Source of the DNA: Octopus bimaculoides
Taxonomy: Eukaryota
NCBI RefSeq assembly: GCF_001194135.2
Contig: NC_068988.1
Coordinates: 36,316,894 to 36,380,893, forward strand
DNA length: 64,000 bases
Reading direction: 5' to 3'
The notes under the pieces are model-generated. The model was not told the DNA's origin and did no database searches. It saw only the letters and a program-made list of their open reading frames with translations. A program made the translations under genes and the position numbers. Shown here in pieces: positions 25,435-39,811 of the stretch (positions are counted from its first letter, which is position 1; each line of letters begins with the position of its first letter).

Positions 25435-28400
25435 TAAATTGTTTTGTTTTACTAATGATATGTCAGTAACTGTATGAATGTTTTCTTTGCATACAATAAG
25501 ACTTATAACAATATATTTACCTTAAACTAAAACAATAGATAATCAGAAAGGAAGTTAAAATGATGCACACAATCTTTACAAATGCATGCTCATAAGAATG
25601 ACTGCAGTTATTGTTTATTCATAGAGGTAAGTGTTCTTTCAACCGGCATGGAAGTCAACTAACATTACTTTAAGAACAACACTGTAGTTTCTATTCTTTT
25701 ACTGACCAGATAATGTCCTTTATATGCAAAAACAACAATCAAAGCTTTAAATATACAATGTATGAGAAAATGTAGCCATCGTGACACGAATGCTTTATAT
25801 GCTTTCTGATAATTGAATCCGTTTATTAATGTGGCAATTTGTCTAATTGAGTATATTGCTTTCCAGTAAAAATGAAATGTATGATTCTATGAATGTCCGT
25901 CTTCAGACACATGTCACAAAATAAAGAATTTTGTTTAGAATTATATGTTTCCTTAAATGCAAAATACAAGACTTTTATACATAGCATTTTATCAAGACTA
26001 ATTTCTTTGGTTTTAAACACCGACAATGTTTTGGAAAGAAATAAGGAACGAGAAGAACGGAACAGTATGAAGGTATTCTGAAAATTTCATTAAACTGGAA
26101 ACAAATTGATATCTTCTTAATTAGAGTTGAGTGAAAAACGCAACCAATATAAAATACATAACTAGATGTTCGCGCGTGCGCACAAACATTTTATACGTAT
26201 ATGTTTATATATATTTTTATTATGTATATGTGCGTAGGTACACACACATATATATAGCATATATAGTATGTATGCATATATCTCTATATCCATTCCTGTA
26301 TGTACATGATAACCCTTGCTCAAAGATAACGCTAAGCTATACAGACAGGAGAGAATCTTGTAATTCCTGTATTTTCCTAGTGTGTATTTTTTAAATTTTT
26401 TAAATAATATTCAATTATTAAGATTATAATATTCAATTTTGGAAGGTCTTTGTATGTAGGACGCAAATGATATTTCTTTTCACAATTTCAAAGTGATTTA
26501 AAGGCAATTTTGTTTTCTAAGAATTTGTAATGTAGAAATATTAATCAAAGTATGACATTCAATAAGATTCTACGTTGAGTGATTAATGCAAACTCACTCC
26601 CATATCTCTTTAGCAATATTATCAGCTATATTTTGTCCTCAAATCCTGCTTAGTAGTTAAACATTAATTCTTGGCATATTTAACTACGTGCGGTTTGAAT
26701 TAAATATTTTCTTCAATAAAGTGCAAATTGAAAATTGACTAACTTTGTTTTTTGCTGCTGTAGTTGTTGCAAATCATCCAGTAAATTGAATTTACCCGTT
26801 GAGATATCTCATTCAAAAATAATTTCTTTTGGATTTCAAAATCGCAACTTTTTTCGTTTTCCTATATATTGTTAGTTAATGAGATTTTTTTCATATATAC
26901 ATTTGTCTTTTAAATTTGATTAAAAAAATACTCTTGAAATAATCTAAATTCAATTTAAGTAATCAACGAATATCGATTCAAAGATATCAATCTTGTCTTT
27001 TATTTATCAAATCACTTTAATGTTTTTATATGTGTCAACTATAAAGTATTTTCTTACAGCTTTTAGCATTTATAGATTTCAACAACACTAAGAAAAAGAA
27101 TTAAAAATCAAAAGCCACTGCTAGCAAATTTTGTTTTTCTTTCGATCTTCTTAGTGTTCTGTCATATTTCTGTTTATGTGTTTGCATCTTGTTTTATTAT
27201 TTTTGTGCTTTCGATCATTATTTCATTCTGACATGCCTTCATTTCAGAAACCATTCAGCTGTAATATTAAGGATTTAATAGTGTAACAAGACGTCACGTC
27301 CTACTGTCAAAACTTTCTACGCACGATTTTTTGTAAATTTTTATAAATTTTTTATCTCATTTTATTTCCGTATTCTTATTTTTTAAATGTCTTATTTTCC
27401 GTTTTACTTTCAGATTTTATCCTTACCTCTGCAGTCACTCACCACCTTTACTAATCTTAGTTACGGACTGACAGCTTGATTACTTCTAGAATCTTCTTTT
27501 CAACCATAATTCAAACCTTTCACAGAAAAATCAAAATCAAAATTAATCTATACAAGACACGGCCTTTGTCATTAATGTCACGGTGCAGATGCTGTTAATA
27601 TTTTTAGCACTATTCATCTATCCGTCAACATTACAAATATTTTCGTTGTTTCATTAGATGTTTATGAACACTTGTATACGTTTTCGTGTTCGTGTTTGTT
27701 TGCCAATATGCCGTTTAAAATTTTTCTCAGACTTTTTACGTAAATAACATTTTCATCAAATATTTCAGACTATTGCATTTGAATGCGACTTCCAATATGT
27801 TTTAGAATTTCGATTGTAATTTTATTCTGAAAAAAAAAAACTCCATAAAACTATAAGTGCATTTCAGTGGGCTATTGTAATTATCGTGTCAACATGAATT
27901 TAGAAAATTGTAATGTTCTCGGAAAGCCCATTTACAACTCAACATAACATTTTTATATGCAATGTGTTATTTATCCAATAACTTGAATGAAATAAAGGGT
28001 TGTTGGTGTTTGGTCTTAAATGCCCGTTGTCAAACATGAATTAAAATGTGTTCGGATTAAACTAAAGGAATAATTTATGAATAGAAGGCATACGTTTCTG
28101 GTGCTATAGAAACGCCAATAATTTTTTGAAGCAGTGTGACGGATTACTTGAATCAGTATTGTAAACATGATTTTCATTATTCTAATTGTTATCTGCATCG
28201 GAAACTTCCACAGTAGCATAAAATACGTGGATATATTCATATGTAAGGGATTACCATTTACAAGATTTTGGTAGAATGCTGTGACCACAAAATTAAGCTT
28301 GTTAATTTTCTCAGATATCTTTAATACAGAGATTCTTCCAATATGCTTGCTCTTTTCTGCTGGAGTAACTAGCTTACTATATTGTAAAAACATATTTGCA

Positions 28401-31400
28401 TGAAGTTATATTCTTCTAGAGTGATTCTCATTAAAACATCACAAATCGCAAAATACGATAAAAACAATAAATTTCTTTCGTTGCCGTGGCTCGGCAGTTT
28501 TCTTGTAGTAACTTCAGAACTTAGTTTAGAATATCGCATTCGATGCACCATGCAAATCTTTTTGTGGAGTCCTATAGAACAGATGTAATGTATGATAAAA
28601 GTATTGCAGGATGAATACGAATATGTTGCACTTCTATTTACTGGAGTCATGAAAAATTATATAATTAAGGTCAAAGGATTCTATTGAGAAGGAAAGAAAA
28701 ACAGAATCACGGATTTGTTTTTACAAAATTGAAAATTATGGAGTTGCGCTCACACTTACGCGATTATGTAGTAGACAATTTAGTGAAACATTTACGACTC
28801 AATATATTACTGCTACACACACGCACTCACACGCACATGTACACACACACATATATACAGAGTTATAATGAAGACCCAATGTTTTGCGAAAGTTTCAATA
28901 TAACCCTTGATTTCTCTTCATCATTGTCATTGTTTGCTGAGATCCGTGCTTCACAAACAAATAGGTAACAAAAACCAAAATATTATAAATGGAGTCAATG
29001 AAACAAAACGATTTGGACGTAGAAGTGTACACATATAACACTTAAGCGAACAACAAAGAAAGAGTACAATGAATCCTCAATACTACAAATATTGAGGCAT
29101 GAAATAGAAAAAAATATGCGATACTAAATACGTTTGTTTCTATGGGAGGGAACAGGTATCTTTAGATACTCATTAGCTAAGGATAGCTGTGTTTGCGTGA
29201 AGTGATGTAGGATATTTTTGTCTTAAAAGCGATGAATCTAACTACAATGCATTAGTGTAGTGTTCTATAGTGGGGAGAAATTTGTAAACCTGTGGTATGC
29301 TGCGGGTAATTTTGTTTTTTACGTTAGGTGATGTGTATACCTGCATTTTCATGTGTAGTTTTTGTAAATTGAGTATAGTTGTATGGACGTATTGAGGAAT
29401 ATCATGGTGTATGTTTATGTAGTCTCGAAGATATGTGAGTGAAATCGTGAAGTGTATAATGGATTAAATGTTGGACGATAGAATGCAGTTTCATATGGTG
29501 TTGTTATGTTACTGTCAACAGAACATTTACATCAGAATGGTCGAAAACACCGAGACGAAAAACAATTCTTCGCTCCTTTTGGAAGTGAGAAGCAGGACTT
29601 TCCTTGAATTCAAATAATAGAAGAGACTGAGAGATAAAAATTACTGTGCGCAGAGGAGTTCATATGGCAACGAACTGGCGTTGTTACAGTGTTGGGAAAA
29701 TGGGTTTACGTAAATATACACTGAAACGATCCACAAATCAACTGACAAAAATTCCCATGTATAGGAAAGCATAAAGACAATAATCAATAATTTTTTGTGG
29801 TACAGGACTCCTCGTGTGCCGAACAGTAAAATATTTGTTTTATTTAATCGAAGCTCGATTCGACAGCTAAATAATGCAAGATATATTACCGTTGTGGTAC
29901 CATATCCGATTCAGGAAAAGTTATGAAAATGAATGGAAATAGAACTAACTGGAAATTGAATCTGAGTTGCACTTGATTGCAAACATATGCTACATTACTC
30001 AGTTAAGAAAAAATACATTTTTGTTTTTTAAAATTTGGCAGAGATGTCACATATACAGTGTATACAGAAATATAAATTTGAACATTAATGGTATATTAGA
30101 AATATATTAGTGAGAGGTTACTCTAATAGCTCATAGTTACTTGCAATATTGCTTCATAATCCATGTTCTTGTTTAGATATTTATTTTCATTGTATTTTTA
30201 TCTGTTTGCTAAAGAAGTGTATGATGCGTGTGTCACTATGGTATTAAGCCATATAAGTAATTTTTAGGATTTTAGCATATTTCTAGTGACCATTTTCTCC
30301 ATTGAATTCTGAAGGCTAGAAAATCATAAACAAAGAGTAAATATTAATTTTCTTTAGTTTTTTTTATTATTTAAACATTTTCCGATCATTCTTTTGTTTT
30401 TCTTATATATTTGTTAATATTTATTGTGAAGAGTTGTATATCATTTCTTTTCACACATACAAAACACAGACAAAAATTGTAGAAACATTCTCAAATAGTA
30501 ACTTCAAACTTTCAGCTTAATATCTTCTGTTTTCAGGAATTGAGATTTTTAAAAAAATTAATTTCGCCGAGAATGTTATGTACGCATATTTATTTTTGTA
30601 TGATATATATTGTGAGGAGAAAGAAAAACATTTAGATTTTAAATTATTAGTGAATGACATAATATAGAAGCCAAAAGCAAGTATAACTTTTTAAAAAGTA
30701 AAACACAATGACATTTTCTATATTGAAGCAGAGAATATGATATTGCGTATGGCGCCATTTATATAAATGTAGTTTTACTACAATATGCTTTGAGTTTATA
30801 ATGCATCCAAGCGCGATCTTTATGATTTACGCTTATGACTGTCGCGGTGACACATAAATCAACCAGTGTTTAGCGTCAGATAGTAAGTTGTTATGTATGT
30901 TCTAAACCCCACACATATATCTCATATTTTAGGCTTGAGAAGGGTTGTAAAACCGTAAAAGTATAGAAGCTAATATACAAATGTGTAACATGTACAATAG
31001 GAATTGAAGGATATCTAAATTTATAGCATAATTCATGGAAGAAATTTTCTTCGCTACAGACACAATTATCTTGCCCCCACCCCGAGATAGCAAACATGTT
31101 TTTACCACACAACTGTCTGACATGTATTCGAGCCACAGATAATAAATCTGTCTAGAAAGGATTTTGAATCGCTGCTGATAGGATAGGATTGCTTTATTGA
31201 AATCATGATAATGTGGTTCAAAGAGAAACCATGTTTCATGCTAGCGTATGTCGGATACGTATTCTTTTTTTACTGAGATTCTGAAAGCACCCTGTCATTG
31301 CTTTTGCATTAACAGGAAAAGTGTGATATATTTATTTCTCAATCCTTTTTACTTTCAAATTCGGGTATTTGAAAATGATGCAGAAACAAACTGTCTTCTC

Positions 31401-31444
31401 AAAAATATATATTGCAACATTATTTTATTCCATACGAAACGATA

Positions 31445-31617
31445 CGAGGGGTTGCGGAAAACTTCCCGAGTTCTTTTACAGAGCTTAGAAAATTTGAAAG
31501 ACAGTTGCAATAAATGTTTCAACGTGAGGAGGGAATATACTGTATAAAATAATAACTAATTGATCCTCTTGTATTTTCTTTTACCCAAAACCAGGAACTT
31601 TGCAGCACCCAATCGCG
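31445..31617 (+). mobile_element. mariner-derived MITE / deletion derivative
   Basis: TA|CGAGGGGTTGCGGAAAACTTCC ... GGAACTTTGCAGCACCCAATCGCG|TA imperfect TIRs; interior resembles a transposase C-terminus (KCFNVRREY). Confidence 0.7.
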
Positions 31618-32537
31618 TATATTGATTTTCTACATAGGCTCCAGTAATTTTACATGTATTCAAGTTCACCGCTAATATGTTGCATGTGACATTGAGAAAT
31701 GGCCATCAATTGTGGGTCATGACCGAAAGTGTACGATCACGAATATAGGCGACGAAATTGGATTCCTTCGAATTCCCTTTGGTGTAACATTACTCGACAG
31801 GTATCATACTTATAATAACATACCAAAAGCAGAAAAAGAATATATGTGCTGCACTTTAACCCACATATGATATATATTTCATAGTATGATATCATATATC
31901 AGTGTGCTAAACGCTACTATTCTAGCCTTATTGCTCCATTAGACTCAAAGAAATATAGTACAAAAGATTGATAAGGCTATGGAGAAATTTTACACCGTGA
32001 AGTTCATGACCTTCAAGCAGTTACTGACAAACTCATTGAGATGAAATTGTTTAACCAGAAAATAATACTTTCATGTAATCAGTTTCTAATATTATTCCTC
32101 ACTAACAATAACTCTTAAATATTAATATGCAAGAACAAAAGTTATTCTGAAGAAATTGATGGCGGTATGCCTAGAAAGTGAATAAAATTAGATAAGTTCA
32201 TATCAACTGCAGACGAGAAATATCTGACCTTTGACACTCGCACTTCATGAGATGGAGAGCAAAAGGATTTTACCCATCACCAGCTTACCCGTCACCAATA
32301 AGAGCATATGATGTTACATAATGATATGTTTTTATGTGTGATGGTGGTAATAATATGTATAAGATAAAATAATGATATGACGTGTTCTTCATTTCATCGA
32401 AGAGATTAATGATGCAAATACAATAGAAAGACTGCCAACGTTAAATTAAATTAACTTCAATGATTTAGTTTGGCTAGACCTCTATGAAGTAAGGCACGTA
32501 AAGTTTAATACACTGATCTAATTATTTATTTTTTTCA

Positions 32538-32604
<67 letters not shown>

Positions 32605-33502
32605 NNNNNNNNNNNNNNNNNNNNNNNNNNNNNNNNNNNNNNNNNNNNNNNNNNNNNNNNNNNNNNNNNNNNNNNNNNNNNNNNNNNNNNNNNNNNNNNN
32701 NNNNNNNNNNNNNNNNNNNNNNNNNNNNNNNNNNNNNNNNNNNNNNNNNNNNNNNNNNNNNNNNNNNNNNNNNNNNNNNNNNNNNNNNNNNNNTCGTCGA
32801 GAGTTTTTTTCTTTGTGTAGATAGAAGTTATTGACTTCTTTCTGTCTGAATGTATCATAAATCATATTTATATATATATGTGTGTGTGTGTGTGTGTTTG
32901 GAGGACATTATACTTAGTTGCTATGATGGAAGAAATCAATAGTATCATACTGTTTTTTCTTGTCTCCAACTAAGAATTTTGCGAGACGAAATTGACTGTG
33001 GTTGAAGACAATAATTATGAAACTTAATATTAGAATACATTCATACCGGTAGCCTACAATATATAGATTAAAATAGCATTAAACATCCGCAGTTAATTGT
33101 AATGATTTACAATTTTAAAAGAATGAAATTTCTATAAGGCGATTAATCAAATGTTTTCACTAAGTCTTGCAAATGAATTGATAAATTTAACACAGTTTAA
33201 TTTTGATTTAATTTATCTAGATCATGTATGTGAAAGTTCAGTATTTTTATAGTTTCTTACGTAAATAACGTGTGAAAGGTGTTAAAATAAATTCTATCGG
33301 GGCAATGAAAGTTGACAATGAAAAAAATTTATGATATTTATATGATTAAAAAATATCAAAATTAAAATCTTTTATCAAAAAGTGTGCATATTTTATTGAA
33401 TATATATTACAAATCTTCATAAAATTTGTCTGGAACTTTCATAAATCATAATTACGAGTTGCACAAAAAAATAAAATGTATACAACCTAAATAAATTTCT
33501 CG

Positions 33503-34320
33503 GCAGAGAAAAATTTGTAGTTTAGAATCAGTAGTTCTTTGACTGCTGTTTCTGAATTTTCAGTATGTTGGAGAAGCAACTCAATTGCTAATCCCTTATA
33601 TTTATGATGATAAATGGTCTTACCGATAAAGGTTTATTTCATACTGAACTACTTGGCAAAATTGTTAATTGTTAATTTTATTATTAATTGACAATTCCCT
33701 GCCCTCATTTCTTGTATATATATATATATATATGNNNNNNNNNNNNNNNNNNNNNNNNNNNNNNNNNNNNNNNNNNNNNNNNNNNNNNNNNNNNNNNNNN
33801 NNNNNNNNNNNNNNNNNNNNNNNNNNNNNNNNNNNNNNNNNNNNNNNNNNNNNNNNNNNNNNNNNNNNNNNNNNNNNNNNNNNNNNNNNNNNNNNNNNNN
33901 NNNNNNNNNNNNNNNNNNNNNNNNNNNNNNNNNNNNNNNNNNNNNNNNNNNNNNNNNNNNNNNNNNNNNNNNNNNNNNNNNNNNNNNNNNNNNNNNNNNN
34001 NNNNNNNNNNNNNNNNNNNNNNNNNNNNNNNNNNNNNNNNNNNNNNNNNNNNNNNNNNNNNNNNNNNNNNNNNNNNNNNNNNNNNNNNGCAGAGAAAAAT
34101 TTGTAGTTTAGAATCAGTAGTTCTTTGACTGCTGTTTCTGAATTTTCAGTATGTTGGAGAAGCAACTCAATTGCTAATCCCTTATATTTATGATGATAAA
34201 TGGTCTTACCGATAAAGGTTTATTTCATACTGAACTACTTGGCAAAATTGTTAATTGTTAATTTTATTATTAATTGACAATTCCCTGCCCTCATTTCTTG
34301 TATATATATATATATATATG
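33503..34320. repeat. Exact ~230-bp direct duplication (33503-33734 = 34089-34320) flanking an N-gap; probable scaffolding artefact
   Basis: The two copies appear identical by eye, both end in (TA)n, and are separated only by Ns. Confidence 0.85.
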
Positions 34321-34333
34321 TATATCTATGTAT

Positions 34334-34640
34334 GGCAGGTCGCTCTTGGGTGCTACTGCTAACATGTAACTCGGTACAACCTGTTACGCGGTCGGGTTGT
34401 CGGCGACGAAAGGGGGCAACATTCCAAGATGGACGATAAGAACTGTCAAAGGGTGGAGGAGCTCATGAGTAATCAGCGGCCATCCAACAATATGTGTACA
34501 TGACTTCGTATGCATGTATGTACACGCGGGGACGTGAAAATACCTGGGTTGGTATCCAGGCGCGCGGTTGGCCCACCGACAATATTCGATGATGTAGAGT
34601 AGTTCTTTTCGCGTTGTTGTTGTCCATATACAGAAAGTGG
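34334..34640 (+). mobile_element. 5' leader of an RTE-group LINE (same family as 9970-10450)
   Basis: GGCAGGTCGCTCTTGGGTGCTACTGCTAACATGTAACTCGGTACAACCTGTTACGCGGTCGGGTTGTCGGCGACGAA aligns colinearly with the reverse complement of 10375-10450. Confidence 0.65.
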
Positions 34641-35149
34641 GATTTAATTTCTGCAAATCCTTTCCTCATTATGAAAAAAATCATCATATGCACAGGCATT
34701 CCCGAAAAAAAAAAACTGTAAGACCTATCAGAAAAATGGCTGGTCGTAGCCTTCGCATTTGTGGGACTTTGGATCAGGTGATGGCAATAATAAAACAGGA
34801 GTTTGCAGCCGTCATGTATGTATGTGTATGTACGTATGTGGTTGTGTTTGTGTGGGTGGGTGTGTATGTGTGCGTTGATCTAACCTAGATCTACGTCTCC
34901 TTCAATGGAATTTGAACAACTTCAACAGGGTACATTTGCGTATATGTTTGTACTTGTGCAATATTTGGAATCAGTGCATATGCAGATTTATATGTTCATT
35001 TCATATATGTATCCTCATGCATATAGTTGCATGATTATACAGGTACATATATACTGAAATGTTAAATTTCTGGAAGGTTTTAGAAGTCGTTATTATTCCA
35101 GTGATGTCTTGAATCTGTAGTTTTCAAATGAGCTTTCTGTTTTCTGGCT

Positions 35150-36170
35150 TTGAGAAGAGTAATTTCTAAAGATTGGTATTTAGGCAGTGTGTTAAATATC
35201 GAAGTTCCTCAATAACTACGCTTATAAAACTGAACTTGTAATCTGGGATGAGTAACTGTAGATTTCTCAATATGGCAACTGTCATTTACCTCTAGTCTCT
35301 AACAAAATAGAAAGCCACAATACTAAATTCATAAACCAGAATTTTTATATTTAAATATCAGGGTTGCTTAAGCATTCAGATAAAATGAACACATTTTAAT
35401 GCTTGTTTGCATATTTTACAGTAACTAGATATCAGTTGAATATGCATCAACGAAGGAACAGTCGCTTGAAAGAAGTCTCTTTCCATGTTGTCAGGAAGTT
35501 TTGAATTCCACACTAAATATAACATGCTGACGGCATTACAAACTTCGTCAATGTAAGAGTTAAAAGCGTTTTCGTAGGTAGAGAATTTACTAATAGGATT
35601 AGTAAATTCTCCTACAGAGTTGAGAGGTGTGCAGACACTGTTTTGATTGTTCCATTTTGGATTGAGCTTATGCATTCTATTTTGATTGTTTAGATGGAGA
35701 CTGATTCATTTAGCCTATGTAGAAAGGTTTCTGCTTGGTTTATTCGAGAGGAAAATATCCGTACATAATTTGCCTAATCTGCAACTGTGAATACATTGTC
35801 TTTAATTGCATCGGCAGGATTTCTAAAAAACATAACCGAAGCAAATGATAAAGATATAGGGCGCTACAATGTCACTTTGTAGCACTCCTAAAACAATTTC
35901 AAAGAAATCTATATCACCATCTGGAGACCGTACAATTCAATATGTTTCCCAGGCCGCTGAAGACACTTTCTTGTCAAATGAGGATAGAACGAGTGTTAGT
36001 CTTTGCGGAACAAATTCCTTTTGTGATTCATTACATTTTGTATTTCTTCGTGTGGATACTTTAGTGCTTAATTTTGCAGTGAAAAGACAGCAAAAGATAT
36101 ACGCGTTAGAGTTTACAACACTAATAATGCATTTGTTTTTGTTTTTACTATTTATAAGCATGAAATCAAG
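35150..36170 (-). mobile_element. RTE-group (RTEX-like) LINE reverse-transcriptase fragment
   Basis: IVRSPDGDIDFFEIVLGVLQSDIVAPYIFIICFGYVF; NQAETFLHRL; LNSVGEF...VWNSKLPDNMERDFFQATV. Confidence 0.85.
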
Positions 36171-39100
36171 CTGCGCTTAAATACTACGTAGATTATTGTG
36201 TGCTAGGCGCTTTCATTTTCTTTTCTGAAAATTCGTGTTTAGGCAAAATGAGTCCATTCTCTTTCATACCTTCATCTATGTAGTTTTTATTTTCATTTAT
36301 ACGTGAATGTGCTGTATATGTGTCCGAAAGATCTTGTCGAAGACATGCATCCACCAACTATTCTGAAATTATCTTAATTTCTACACAGCCGATCTACAAA
36401 ACATGACTTTGCTGCTAACTAGAAACGAATAAAGGTCACCTGCACATTATCCATCTTTTTAATGTTTAGTGACCCGCCAAACTGTTTCATATGAGGCCAC
36501 ATTTGTCATGATTAGTGAAATAATACCAGGAAATATTTTCTGTTGTAGTATAATTTCCATGAAACTTAATCAGTATGTTTACACAGTTTATTTTCGGTGT
36601 GAGAATGATGCAATCTATTTGATGAATTGAGCGGTCATTTTAAAACTCTCCATGTTCTCCTTCTTTGTATACTGAACGCAACGATGACTAATAGTTTTTC
36701 GATAATCTTCATATCAATAATGGTCTAAATATAATAATAAAGCTCTCATTGCAGACAAAATTCATTTTTAAAATGTGAGGGTATTGATAAAATGTGTTAC
36801 TTCATTTCTAATACAAGATGCTGAAAGTTAAATTTCACATGTATGGAACGCTGCCGTCAATTAGATTTTTTAAATTCCCAAGAACAATTTTTTATTCCTT
36901 CGGCATGTTTGTGAACACCTTGTTTTTGTTTTAATGTAGAATCTCGACTTAATACGGACTACTGTTGGTAAATTACTACTGTTGAATTGTTGCAGATCAA
37001 TATACATTATTTGACCTCAATTAACAATATGTCACAAAGTGGATTTGTGCAATGATATTAAGCATACGCATATGCACCAGTTTATATCAGTTTATTTATT
37101 TACGCACATTTTTTCAGTAGTTTACACGCATTTGTGCGCGTGTGCGCTTGCGTAGATAAATATATGTGTGATTTTGTGTATGAAATTTGTGTATGAATAA
37201 AGTTTCGTGTTTGCGTTGAAGAGACATATAAGAGTATAATTTGGGCGAAAATGTTTTACTGTTTACTGAAATATTTAGTTTGCATAATTTAACTTGATTC
37301 AGAACTTATGGAAAAATTTTATTGATTGCATGCAATATTGATGCATGACTTTTAGAATTTTAGAATTTAAATAATTTGCCCTTTAGATTTCACACTTTAT
37401 ATTTATTAGAATATAGTGTTCTTCATTTTAAGTGAGTTATTTCATTTTTATAATAATTTTATGGACAAATCTATTCTAAAATTAAACGAGAATTGAATAC
37501 AACAGATGTTAAATAATTAAAATTTCCTTTCATTATTTTTACAAGACGGGCTCTCATAATGTTGTTGTTTTCCTTCGTGGCTAATATGTATCGAAGAAGA
37601 TTATTGCTTATATGTCCGATTCTCATAAGCAAGTTTACTCTTAGATGTAGAAACGATAAAGAGTAAACACACCATCCGGAAAGCATAAATGATATCAACG
37701 TGGCCGAACTAGATACAAATCTATATGTTCAAACCAAGAACTTGAAACGCTTGTTCTACAAGTTCTGTTTCATATCTGCTATTGTTACACAGAAGGACAG
37801 CAGCAAATATAACAAAAAAGTCCGTAATAATTCAATTATGTATTAAGAAAGAAATATTGCAAAAACTCACATCGAAGTCAGCGAAAGCTGTTATAATATA
37901 TTAGAGTTCACGGCACAAAGCAGTCTGCGTTGATTGAAAATCTAGTGTTGGAGATATGAAGACGTACAAAATATTAGAGTTCAAATTCTAAATAAGCTGG
38001 TCAAAATAAAAGTGAAGTCATTCCGCTTTATCTTGTGTTGTTCTTTACTGTTTGTTTCGTTTGCAGTAGTAAGCTCTTAAAGGTTGATATATTGACAGAG
38101 AGGATGGAGGAAGACAGAATGATACTTTTACGATGTCTGTCACTTGGGCAGCAGCGGAGAGAGATGAAATGACATTTTCCATTGAAATGTGAGCTAGTGA
38201 AAATTTTACTATAGTCGTCTCTGGTCGTCTTATTCTCACAACTTCTTTCACCAATTAATTCATCCTTACAGGATCTTACTATTTATAATTACCGCAGTAC
38301 AGCGACAGAGAAAAAAGCATATCTCCGGGAACAATAGAAAAAAAAAACTGCTGTAGGTGATTCTATTTTCAGCTTTTGGTGCCATAGATGGGGTCAAAAG
38401 TGTCAAGTGAAAAAGAAAGAAATCGACTTGGCAGGACCTGTGTTGAGCGTCACTGCTGTCAACCATCGTATTTTCCATGAGAAAATACCGTTATAACCTG
38501 AAGGGAAATTCTATAGATTCAGGTTTGAATCTATATGCGCAAACGAAATCCACTCGTAACATACCGTATAACATAACATTCAACATTTTAATACCAGACA
38601 TATTGTGGGACTTGAGAAATAATTGGCATATATCACCTCAGTAAAATTCAAAAAAGATACCTAGATACTGAATCATGGCTGCTTGCAATTGTTTGAGTTG
38701 ACTAGTAGGAGAGTCAGAGTTTAGAAAAACGGTAGAAAATAATTCTTCAACAATGAAATAAGTGTACTATGCTTCATTTATCAGAATACATCAAGGAATA
38801 TATCTCAGAGGCTAACGTATAATTAAATTAGGTACTGTCATTTTATTGATAGTAAGGAGATCCAGTTTGATATATTTGTTGTTGTTTCATCAGGGAGCAA
38901 AGTATCTGTCACAAGACAATTGTAAAATCCACGAGTATATAGAATGCATGTTGTGCCAAAATGGCAAGAATAGGAAACTAGTATAAATTAGATTTGATTG
39001 AGGACATTAACATGGCCCAGTCTCTGTGCTGCAGCAACTTCATCAATATAAACTTGGCACATACACTGTGTCTACATAAATGCGTAATCTGCAAACATAG

Positions 39101-39207
39101 ACGGTTCAAGTCTGTAACGAAAACAGAAAAGGAAACAGAAAGGAAACCAGTAAGCATTCAAAAAATGCATGTTTGAAGTCACGCGAAGATATTGCTACCA
39201 TATAAGA

Positions 39208-39282
<75 letters not shown>

Positions 39283-39300
39283 GACAAGAAGAACAACAAC
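39208..39300 (+). repeat. (AAT)n tract grading into AAC/AAG, at the 5' junction of a Dong fragment
   Basis: Direct observation. Confidence 0.95.
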
Positions 39301-39811
39301 AAAGGCTGGGTATGTACTCAAAAGACGCCAGCAAAAAGTCAACCATTTGTTATTCGTGGATGACCTCAAACTTTATGGTAAAGATGAAGCCCAAGTCAGT
39401 TCCCTCGTTGATACGGTGTATACCTGCAGTGCTGATATCAGAATGGAGTTCGGATTGAGAAAGTGTGGTATGTTAGTCTTGAAGAGAGGCAAAATCAAAT
39501 GTGTGAAAGGGTTATCGATACCGTCGGGGAAGGTTATGAAGCAAATAGAAGAGACGGTCTACAAGTACTTGGAGATACTGGAAATGGATAAATTGATGGA
39601 GAAAGAAATGACAGAAAAATTTAAGGTGGAGTACTTGCGCAGACCGAGACTGACACTTAAGTCGAAATTAAACGGACGGAATAAGATCGAAACTATCAAC
39701 ACCTGGGAGGTTTCACTCCTTAGATACGGAGCAGTGCTAACCACACGGACAGTAGACGAACTAAAGAGCTTAGACAGACAAGGAAGTTACTAACTAGATA
39801 TGTGTCACTCC
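39301..39811 (+). mobile_element. R4/Dong RT fragment
   Basis: KAGYVLK...VNHLLFVDDLKLYGKDEAQVSSLVDTV...MEFGLRKCG...YKYLEILE...LKSKLNGRNKIETINTW (ORF 39347-39793). Confidence 0.92.

Noticed and set aside
28016-28650. Cluster of 60-125 aa ORFs; minus-strand EPRQRKKFIVF faintly recalls Kolobok-type transposase N-termini
   Set aside because: Only a 5-6 residue resemblance, with many stops and no catalytic motifs; needs a profile search.
28630-28660. TGVMKN peptide that could precede the TRPM-like exon
   Set aside because: No upstream WIITGG-like context and no splice donor at the required position.
38020-38330. Strong polypyrimidine tracts/acceptors (about 38067 and 38269) and a GTGAGC donor
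   Set aside because: Frames from the main acceptors hit stops and no recognisable product; could be UTR or noise.
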